Shown piece after piece: positions 41,009 to 64,000 of a stretch of DNA of 64,000 nt. Position 1 is the stretch's first letter, and every line of letters starts with the position of its first letter. Both the position numbers and the translations under genes were made by a program. The DNA is taken from contig CM120640.1 in assembly GCA_051362555.1 (NCBI GenBank), positions 54,724,788-54,788,787 on the forward strand, written 5' to 3'. Below the pieces are notes generated by a model. That model did not search any database. It was not told where the DNA came from and saw only the letters and a program-made list of their open reading frames with translations. This DNA comes from Lingula anatina (lineage: Eukaryota > Animalia > Brachiopoda).

Positions 41009-41631
41009 TTTTGTATGATAGAAGTTGTGTAAAGGAAAATAAAAGACTTGCAGTATGACATTAGTTGTCATATGAACTTGGTTTAGTCTCATGCCAGTAG
41101 TTGACACTACTGTATTTACCCAGTGCAGCAGAAAAATTCTTTATACTCAGTTGGAGAACATGGATTACTGCCTTTTTGGCTATGGAAAGAAACTTTGTGC
41201 ATGTGAAAAATGTGCAAAAATGTATTATTTTTGATAACCAAAATAAATCACAGTGAACTGTTTTACACCAAAAATGAATAAACGTTAGAGAAAATGTGTA
41301 TAAACATGATTTCAATTTAAAACGATAAGAACATTTATGAGAGTTAAGGATATTTAAATAACATGAATTTTATCCAGAAGTTATCTACAAACATTAAGAT
41401 AATAATACTGTACATGTACAGTACATGTACCTGTACTTGTGCACATTGTAATTTCTGCCATGTTTTCTAATATGTGAATGCTAATAAACCTAAGTTTTAA
41501 AATTGAGTTGCTTTTATTTGGGTTTGTTATTTCAATATTGATCGTTTTGGACCCTTGTTTATATTTGTCTGAGTATAGAATTACATGGGTACTAGTCTCT
41601 TGAGAAATTTTGCTTGTCTTGGTCAAGTTAA

Positions 41632-41644
41632 GTCACGTGATTGG
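41632..41644. promoter_or_regulatory. E-box/CLEAR-like GTCACGTGA overlapping a CCAAT box (ATTGG) upstream of the BTB-BACK gene
   Basis: GTCACGTGATTGG lies about 110 bp upstream of the ATG at 41749 in a CpG-retaining patch. Confidence 0.4.
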
Positions 41645-41748
41645 TGAAGACAAAGCCTCGATCTCAAAATGGGTCACATTTCTTACTCCACCTGCCAGCT
41701 GAGATAATGAAAAGGTAGCAGGTACGTTTAATTACTTGCGTTGCAGGC

Positions 41749-42863
41749 ATGGCGGGAAGCAGTAAGTATATGTGGTCTTCTGCAGCTTAACGTTCTTACG
41801 GCCAAAAAAGATCTGTGGGAGAGTGGTAATATTTTGTAGTCGCAGTAAACACGTTGCTTGTGGTTTGTTTACATCCATATTTAGATGAGGTCAGCGTGGT
41901 ATGCGTGATGCTAGTAATGTATTAACTTTGTAATCACTTATACATACGTAAGCACGCTTATATGGCTTAATGGCTCTTAATTTTAATCTTCCTTATCTCC
42001 ACCAGAGCGGTGAGAAAATTCAAAGTTTAGCATGAAACATCTGACATATTATTTCATTGTTTTATAGACAGTTTGTACGAAATACTTGGCTTGAGCATGG
42101 CGGTAAATCGCCAGAACAACGCCTTCAGTGGGAGCGTCAATAACAACAATAACCACAAAAACCTCGAGCTTGCAACTAACACAACACCTGAGAATGAGGT
42201 GGACAATAGCAGTAACATATTGACCAGTGTGTCAAGTCTATTCAACAACCCTCGATTCAGCGATATCACATTGGTGGTTGGCAGTGAGAGGTTCCATGCA
42301 CATAAGTTGTTATTGGCTACTGCAAGCGATGTTTTTGAGTAAGTAGATAAACCACTACTCAGTGCTGTGCTGTCTGGTCATTATAAAGTTACTTTCAGAT
42401 TTGAAAGAAAAATTTAATATTAAATAATAATTAATGATACATTTTTAAAATACAATCATATATTTAAAAAGAGAGAGAGAGAGACATGATGGTATGTACA
42501 GTAATTATGGTTCTTCTTGTCCTACAATAGCAAGCTGAGAGTAATATATTCTTACAAGGCTTCCAATTAGCAATTTAAGGAATTTCTTGATGGCTATCTT
42601 ATGGTGTTTAATTGCTTTGAGAAAGATAGGAGATCATGTGTGCCCTGGTGTAAGATCCACAGGGTTAACATTTAGATCATTTTATCATTTACACATACAG
42701 ACTTAATTGTTTATGTATCATGACCACCAGACCATCCATCTACTCATGTGTGAACTGTCAGGGGTCCAGTTTAATTAGACTAGTTGGGCACACCCAATAT
42801 TATAGATAGAAAGTAATTACTTAGCTTCTTAAGAAACAAACATAAATATTCGGGGCCATATTT

Positions 42864-42897
<34 letters not shown>

Positions 42898-45800
42898 AGG
42901 TCCCTGCCTCAAGCAATATTGCATTCTTGAAAAATAAGTAACTGATATAATTATACCTTTACCGAACAAGCTGTGAGATTTTATCAGTACTATTCAGATG
43001 TTGCCTTTGTCAGTGTCAGACTGGGTCATCTTTAAACCAAGATGCCAATGGGTAGAAAATGCATTTCTGTTTGTATTTGCCCTTTTTACAGTTGGTAATT
43101 TCAGTTTTTGATATTCAAAATTGTCAGATCAATAAATGTAATTTAAATGTCTGGTAAATATAATTTAAATGTATGTTGTTCAGAAAAGCCCTTGAGGTAG
43201 AAATATTTGTCCAGTATAACAGGTAGAACAAGATATAATCAGTCAGTGTGGAGTCAATTCAGGTTAACAAGCAGATGTGAAGCAGTGTTTGCACCTTATG
43301 GCTCCAGATATCCTTAGACACACTGCAGTCATTGATGGTGGTTTTTTCTGCATAAGTTCCTGCATAAGACAAACAAGTTAATTATGTTACAGGACTGGTA
43401 TAATTTGTATAATTAAATTTGTTACAGGGGTTGGTGTCATTATTGCACTAAAATGAGTAGAGCCCTGGCATATATGCTAGTTACAATCAATTTACCTTAC
43501 AACAGATTTTGTATTCAAATGAAAATAGTAGAATTATTGTGAATGAGTAGAACATCGTTTCTTTCAGAATTTCTGAAATGTAATGTTAATTTAATGCCAA
43601 AAATATGTAATGTTCTATCATGGGGTGTTGACTGGAAGATGACTGGAAACTGACATCTCTACTATCACGCAGCTTGCCTTTACTATATCTTGAAACTTAG
43701 TCATAAGTAAGAGGTTGAAGCCTTAAATATTTGTTTCTTATCAGATGGCATGCATCATTATTTCCATGCATTTTTATTTTATTTTATATTTAAGTAAATC
43801 ACATCAACATCAACACATTGTTCACATTGATATGTATTTATTTAATCTTATTTTGAAAATTTGGGGATGTTTGCTTACTAAAATTACTAAAAAGTCTTTA
43901 TTTATTTATTTATTTACAGAACAATGCTGACCTCTGATCGTTGGCAGGATGGAAATGCAGGGGAAATTACTTTCCATGAAAGTGAGGAATGTTTGCCTGT
44001 GTTCAGCATAGTGATGAGGTTTGTATAAAGGAAAACTACTTTGTAGACTAAATTCTGGGGGAAAAAGTGAACACTCATCATCATCATCATCCAAATTTAT
44101 TTTATTCTGGCCGGGATTAATCCTCAACAGAGGGTGGGGCCAGTCTGACATGCAGTCTTCCTCTCCAACTTGATCTATCCTGAGGGTCCTCGCCGACTAG
44201 ACCAAGCGCTTTCCTGTCTCTTCTCACCACGTCCTTCCAAACTAACTTTGGTCTGCCAGGTCTCTTTCTATCCTCCACTACTTCTCTCATGTGGTTAATC
44301 CAGCCATCGCTTCTCTCTATCACCCCATTTCCATAGATTAGATCGACCTAGTTTAGATCGACCTAACTCCCTGGGGGTTCACGTTAAATAGCTGTCAGCC
44401 AGGCGGACACGAAAGTTAATTACCCTCTTACAGCTTGTAGTAGGCGGGACGGACATTTAAGTCGGATTATCTGAAAGTAATCTTGTGAGACTCCCCGTGG
44501 GGATAGATCGATCTAAAATCTATGGGAATAGGGCCTATGTGCCCAAACCATCGGAGTCTGCTGCAGTGCAGCACTTCTTCTATGTCCTGGAGACCCAACT
44601 TCAGGAGCAGAGAATCAGAGCTAACCTCGTCTTTTAGCTTGACATTGCAGATCCATCTAAAAGACGAGGTTAGCCCTGATTCTATGCTCTTGAAGTTGGG
44701 TCTGCAGGACATTGAAGAAGTGCTGCGCTGCAGCAGTCTACAGTTGCTATAAATCTAAATGAAGCATTAGATATGCTGTCAGTAGCAACTATTGGAATCT
44801 CTGCTGGTAGAATCAGTGGTTTTTCCAAATCCAAGTACTGAGATTTCCATAACTCGTCATTAAATCATTGGAATGAGTTTCAAATTAAAAAAATATTAAG
44901 TATGATAGTATATTTTTGTTTTGGGAAAAAGAATACAGGTCTTCTCAATGCAAAGAAATTTTTTGAAAAATCATTTGATAATATTTGAATTCATTTGTAT
45001 ATTTTCATTCTCATCCCATTAGAAGTATAGGGATATTTGTTAAGATTTGTGTATTCATAATTCCAGGTACATTTACACTGGGAAGATCAGTCTGACAATG
45101 GAAAATGTGATTCCAGTTCTGGTTCTAGCTGACAAATACAATTTGCTCCCCTTAAAGGAGTCCTGCGCTGAGTACATGGCATCTCACCTGGCAGAGAGCT
45201 GCAGCGCTTGTACTATAGTCAGTTGGTATCAGTATGCAAAGACCTGTGATTTGAAAGAGTTTGAGAAGATATGCTGCAAGTTTATAGTATTGAACATTGG
45301 AATTGTCATCTTATCAGAGGACTGGGTGAGGCTGGACAAGAGCAACTTGATGGACTTTTTGAGACGTTCAGACATGGTGATAGAAAGTGAGTTTGCCTTG
45401 TTCAATGCAGTTGTAAGCTGGATGATCAGTGCTGAACACGTAGAGGACATTGAAGAAAACCTTGAAGACATTGTCCCCCTTATCCGCTTTCCCTGGATGA
45501 AACCCCAAGAATTATCAGATTTGGAACACCTGGATTTTGTCAACAAGTACTATAAGTATTTTGCACCTCATATCCTCAGTGCATACAGGTATCATGCTGT
45601 CATTGAGGAATATCGCACAAAAGAAAAGTTCAGATTTCCAAACAGCCAGTTAGTGTGTAGAAATTACACCAATGCAGACATCAAAATGAACTTCAACAAG
45701 AAAGTCAGTGGTTTCAGCAATGCCAGAGGAATCAACTACAAATCTACATTTGATGCCATACTGTGTAACTCATATGCAGACAGGGAGAACTTCTTTAACT

Positions 45801-46114
45801 GTGTCATCAACTATTATCCAAAAGGCCTTCCCTTTAGTATTCCTGTAGACTCCAGTGCCAAGCTGTCCCTTCAACTCCTCCAAGCTGATCGCTCACCTGC
45901 CCAAGTCTCCTGTGAGGTGTCAGTCATCATCTATGCCAGACACAAGGACATTCGGTATGTGTCACAGTGTATTGAAATAGAGCACACATTTGGTGGAATG
46001 CAGGAGCTGGCCATAGATCTGCTGGATTTGGCTTTATTAAACAAGGACTCTCCATACCTATTTGATGATGTCTTTGAAATTCATTTGTTTGTTAAGCGTC
46101 TGGGGTCCTCATAA
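41749..46114 (+). CDS. BTB/POZ-BACK domain protein, BTBD17-like (about 476 aa), with a C-terminal TRAF/MATH-like beta domain; probable Cullin-3 adaptor
   Basis: Exons 41749-41761, 42068-42338, 43920-44018, 45067-46114 in frame. BTB: FSDITLVVGSERFHAHKLLLATASDVFETML..RYIYTGKI..VLVLADKYNL..LKESCAEYM. BACK: FLRRSDMVIESEFALFNAVVSW..LIRFPWM. Tail: YYPKG..SPYLFDDVFEIHLFV. Confidence 0.88.
44075..44736 (-). mobile_element. 3' fragment of an RTE-clade LINE, interrupted by a MITE and carrying an inverted duplication at its truncated 5' end
   Basis: Removing 44321-44538 restores CSRLRWFGHI-ERSDGWI..RKRPGRPKLVWKDVVRRD..QDRSSWR, the conserved C-terminus of RTE ORF2. A (GAT)n tail is at 44075-44090. Confidence 0.85.
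44321..44535. mobile_element. MITE (215 bp, PIF/Harbinger-like) inserted into the RTE fragment
   Basis: TIRs CACCCCATTTCCATAGATT / AATCTATGGGAATAGGGCC with a 3-bp duplication TAT (44318-20, 44536-38). Superfamily assignment is tentative. Confidence 0.8.
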
Positions 46115-46190
46115 TTGCAGGATTGCATTTGCTGTAAAATTGTATCCAAAAATTTAAGATCTTATTATAGGGCTGTATGAAAGTGTGTTT

Positions 46191-46493
46191 GGGACCATTC
46201 GGAAAAGAGGGTCTGAGTATCAACTGGACCAAGGGTCAAATATGCCAGACCCTACGTGAAAGGAAGACCGCTTAATCCTGTAATGGTTTCTCTGACTCTC
46301 ACACTCTTCCCCATGCATCTGGTCAAATGGAGCTGAGATTTAATTACTGTGCTCCTGCAGGGACAATTCTTTGGGAAGCGTGTGAGAGTCGGAGAGACCA
46401 TTACAGGATTAAGCGGTCTTCCTTTCATGTAGGGTCCGTCACATTTGATCCTTGGACCAGTTGATACTTGGATTTTCTATTCTAAATGGTCCC
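46191..46493. mobile_element. Palindromic MITE (303 bp) in the 3' UTR region of the BTBD17-like gene
   Basis: Termini GGGACCATT/AATGGTCCC, about 120-bp inverted arms (e.g. GAAAGGAAGACCGCTTAATCCTGTAATGGT / ACCATTACAGGATTAAGCGGTCTTCCTTTC), and TTT on both flanks. Confidence 0.88.
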
Positions 46494-48550
46494 TTTGTGT
46501 TGCCATAAAATGATCACTGTCTCACAAAGATGTAGATTAACTAATGAAATGCCCCCTTTTTGTTTTGTTTGTAGTTTTGCACACATTCTAAAATGTCTCA
46601 TCTCACTTGTTATTTATTAATTTGTAAAAATCAGTAATGCTGTTTTTTAGTCTTAGATCTGTTGCAGCAGGGATGTATTAGAAAACTGATCATTATATAA
46701 ACATATATTTGAAGGTGTTCTAGTCTTTAGGTAATACTTATGTATGGGTGTGATTGGCTGGAAGACTTATTATATTGATAAACTAGATTTCATTTTTTCA
46801 TTAAGTTGTAGACAGTGGAAGATGGGTTTGTACAATATTGTGTGTTAACTAATATCATGTTTTGTTATTTCTTCACTGAGATTGGGGTGTGCAATACATT
46901 TAATTGATACCTTCAGAGCAAGCATTTAGAATCGTAATTTTAACTCTGTTGAACAACCTTTTAAATTGGTCTAAGGTTTATCACAAGAATTGACCATTTC
47001 CAGTTTATAATAAGTGCATTTTATGTTATTAGGTAATACAAATGTGTTTGTGTTGGTAGTGAGTTTAGAACAGCTGTGTTCAGTTTTATCATCATTTTTT
47101 TTTTTTTGTATTTAAGTTAAATTCAGTTTTATTTGCTCAAACGTTCAAAGTATCATGAAAGCATTGTATTTATCATAGAATGATTTTGAATTTAAATCTT
47201 TCAGTTTTTATTGCATGTTTGCAAAGGATGTTTCATAACAGTATAAGTTATAAGAAGTTTTAAGTTAATGTACATTTAAAATCTTAGAAAATGAAAGATA
47301 ACTACATTAATACAGTATTTATGTATTTGTAATGTAATGAAATAAAGGCAGAAAATTTATATGTAGTCATTATGTCTTTTTTTACAGACGAGGAAAATCA
47401 TTTTAAGTAAAAAGTTTATGGCTCAATTACAACAAATCCTTTTATGCATTTTCTCAATCAACAAGGGGTACTGTAATCTTTTTTCTAGTTTTACTGTTCT
47501 GACGTGCGCTTCATCATCTGCAGCAATTTTTCAGATTTTATGCATATATATCAACATAAGGCAACAAATCATTAGTATCAAACCTTTTATTTTATCAATA
47601 TATATGTGTGTGTGGTAACAATTTAGTGTAAATGAAGACTGCATACAGATAGCATGTATTCAGAAACCTTCCATGTTGTCACTAGTTGCACTCCCACCTA
47701 ACTGTCACATCAACAAATCCATGTGCAGATAACCCTACTACGCAGATTGGCCTTCCCACATTTTGACTACTGAGATAGTTCTTTCTAAGACCATCCATTA
47801 TTCCCACCAAAATTTTCTTCATTTCATTTTTCATTTCAAGTAATTTTTATTTAAGTGTAGCATGATACTTGTCCATTGTTACACATAATAACAATACATA
47901 GAGGTTTCTTCTAATGTTTTCATGAAATTGATTGTTTTGAAATTTTATATACCAGATATTTAAGGTAAGCACACAAAATCCTTCTGGTTGCTATCATTAG
48001 TATATAATGGAAGTTTTAAACTATATTTACGCTTATCAAAGAATTCACATCATGTTCTTGGGTAGATTGCACTTTCAACATTAAAATTCTTTCTTTTTTA
48101 TAAGCACCAGTTATGAAGACATTTGTAATTTGTTATATGAACAAAATTGACTCTACAATGAGCGACAAAAGTTGAGATACTATGAACATTCATAAATGAT
48201 TCAAACTTCCAGTCTGAATCTAATAAATGATTCCACATGTCCACCAGATGAAACATTAGCATGCATATGGATTAAAACTGATCAAATAGAATTATACTGG
48301 AATGAAGACATTCACAAAGTGAACCTGTCAACTTTGTTACACCTGAATGTAGAAAATGAATGAAATTATCTCGTCAAACACCTTTCTCAATGTATGATCT
48401 TGAATGGAAATGGTAAACTGTTGTTGAAAACCATTGAGAAAAAAAAAATCAACCATTAAATGTTGAAAAACAGTAACTGAAATTTATAACATGTAACAAT
48501 TCTCTCCGGTTAGAATCCCTATACCTAACAAATTGAGCAGATTGATAAGT

Positions 48551-62090
<13,540 letters not shown>

Positions 62091-62244
62091 TACATAAAGA
62101 GTGCTTTGGCAACACAATGCATTCTCACTTCCATCTTTGTAGTATCCCAGAATCCTATCTACACTTCAAGATTTTAGTCGATAGACGGCGCTTTAAAACA
62201 GGCACACTACAATGACGTGCAGCATTCAGAGCACGGAATCTTCC

Positions 62245-62476
62245 CAGCGTGGTTTCTGAAAAAAAAAATCACACCAATATTCCCCTCTTGAAATTAGAAT
62301 TTTTGTCTAGCTGAATCATGGTTCTAAGCCATACCAAATACTACCGTTTGCCCTCCAAAATATCCAAATTTTTCGGGACTCAAATTTACGTCATAGGTTG
62401 CCTTCGCATCCGAATACGAGGCCTGTCATTCCTAAAGAGACCGGACCCCCTTCAAATAATCCGGGATCCGCCCCTG
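62245..62476. mobile_element. Probable hAT-like non-autonomous element remnant upstream of SBNO
   Basis: Ends in GGATCCGCCCCTG (reverse complement CAGGGGCGGATCC, a common hAT-type terminus). The left end and target duplication were not found, so the start is approximate. Confidence 0.35.
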
Positions 62477-62685
62477 AGGCCTAATCTGATCAAAGGCTTT
62501 GTACAGACTCTTCTTTTTGCCAATAATCTTCTTGGAAAGTAGATACTAATAAATAAAAAAATAGGGGCTAATTGATAGTGAGATATTGTGAAAAGGATTT
62601 TCTAGTTTTTGAACATAAACTACTCGCAGATTTGTATATAGGCCTATGTAGGCCTATTCTTTTATTTTCTGCTAAAACTTGAAAA

Positions 62686-63322
62686 ACAACTGTAAATTTG
62701 TCTGTTTGTTTGTGTAAATTCCCTAATGGTTAAAGCGCTTCTTGATGATTTGAACTGTACGTGTTTTATTTCTCATTCTACGATAGAATTAGCTAGAAAT
62801 AACATTATTTAAATATGTTTTGCACACATTTAGACGTAGTCATCTCGCTTTACCGAAATAGACCTATCTGTAGACCTACTCATTGATCTGAAAATCAAAA
62901 ACCGAATTAAGGTTTCTAAACCCAAAAGTCTTTTACTTATTAAACAACTGTATTTAATTTGTCTGTTTGTTTGTGTGACAATAAAGCGCTTCTTGATGAT
63001 TTGAACTGTAGGGCGTGTTTTATTTCTCATTCGGGGCCGTAGCAATAGTCCGAAGGTTCATTGGTCCGAATGTTCGCTATAGAACCTTCGGACCAATGAA
63101 CCCTTGATTAAAAAAAAAACGATGAAAAAGTTACCATTTTTCGGACCAATGAACCTTCGGACTATCGAGACGCCCCCTCTCATTCTACGATACAATTAGA
63201 AATAACATTAAATATGTTTTGTAGTCATCTCGCTTTACCGAAACAGACTTATCTGTAGGCCTACTCATTGATATGAACATCAAAAACCGAATTAAGGTTT
63301 CTAAACCCTAAAGTCTTTTACT
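62686..63322. repeat. Diverged tandem duplication of a unit of about 255 bp; the second copy carries a MITE insertion
   Basis: AAACAACTGTA..TTTGTCTGTTTGTTTGTGT..AAAGCGCTTCTTGATGATTTGAACTGTA..GTAGTCATCTCGCTTTACCGAAA..CAAAAACCGAATTAAGGTTTCTAAACCC occurs from about 62686 and again from about 62942. Confidence 0.85.
63033..63177. mobile_element. Small MITE (145 bp) with internal GGTCCGAA-type subrepeats and an 8-9 bp target duplication
   Basis: GGGG..ATAGTCCGAAGGTTCATTGGTCCGAA / TTCGGACCAATGAACCTTCGGACTAT..CCCC flanked by TCTCATTC (63025-32, 63178-85). The empty site is visible in the first tandem unit (TTTCTCATTCTACGA near 62769). Confidence 0.85.
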
Positions 63323-63418
63323 AAAAATGTTCGTTAAATTAATTTTTTCCAAATTTTTATCCTTAGTTGAAAATATATCTTTACTCCGATATTTCATTCA
63401 ATGTTCATAGCCTATTAA

Positions 63419-64000
63419 CCCCTTTTAGCCCTCGTCATCAAAACGAACGGCAGCCATACTGGAGGGAGACCGGAATCGTCTGCTGCGCATGACCATGTCT
63501 ACATGTACAATTTAGCATTTAATTTCTGTGTTTTCTTTGATATTAAACTGAGTAAAATGATGAATTACTGCAGGGTATATGATAGAGAGAAGATAAATAA
63601 CTTTACAAGCGTTCACAGACTGCCTGCAGTGGTAACAATCCAAGGTGTAGGGACGAAAACCGTAAACGGAGGAGAAACTGAGGAGTGGCTTTGAATCAAG
63701 ACTCATCGGACAAGTAAAGGATAAAACTAATTTATTTTACAGCAAAGAATGAAGACCCAGCTGTGCAGCCTTTAACATAAAAGAAAAAAAAACACAGTAG
63801 AAAACTAAAGACCGAGGTGTATAAGTTTGGAGCGCACGTACATTGCATGTTACTAGTGCCCAAAAAGTTTGGGTGGAGAGTGTGTTGTAAAAACGGGTAC
63901 GTACGGATAAAATTTAGTCCCAAAATATTACACGTCCCTATACTCCCGTTACCGATAGATACATAAAGGAAAAACTGAAAAAACGTCTTTTTAGATTTAA
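63419..64000 (+). mobile_element. piggyBac-like element, copy 2, probably continuing beyond the window
   Basis: Begins TTAA|CCCCTTTTAGCCCTCG at 63415-63419; the first about 480 bp match copy 1 in reverse complement. The other terminus is not seen. Confidence 0.78.

Noticed and set aside
63047-63170. Short repeated units (GGTCCGAA / TTCGGACCAATGAACC) resembling a CRISPR-like array
   Set aside because: The repeats are inverted subterminal motifs of a MITE with a target duplication; there are no regular spacers or cas genes and the context is eukaryotic.

Overview
AT-rich, gene-dense eukaryotic DNA from an invertebrate animal (probably lophotrochozoan/mollusc-like; this is inference). Introns are mostly short GT-AG, so the ORF track only shows exon fragments. 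Ten spliced or single-exon protein-coding genes were reconstructed by hand: the 3' part of SFT2 (+), two uncharacterized tandem genes (-), a SUEL-lectin/CUB/mucin-stalk type I membrane receptor (+), jagunal JAGN1 (-) head-to-head with IRAK1BP1/SIMPL (+), BTBD10/KCTD20 (-) head-to-head with proteasome subunit PSMA1 (+), a BTBD17-like BTB-BACK gene (+) and strawberry notch SBNO (-, about 30 exons). Introns and UTRs hold many small non-autonomous DNA transposons and an RTE-type LINE fragment. Most notable: (1) the two orphan genes share a short motif suggesting an undescribed tandem family, and one carries a CxxxCxxCxxxC cluster; (2) PSMA1 has two U12-type (minor spliceosome) introns; (3) the lectin-CUB receptor has several tyrosine signalling motifs and a PDZ-binding end; (4) a CpG-rich block (about 2.4-18.2 kb) sits between CpG-depleted housekeeping genes; (5) long fold-back hairpins lie in the BTBD17-like intron and 3' UTR. 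No prokaryote-type system, CRISPR array, tRNA or rRNA was found.
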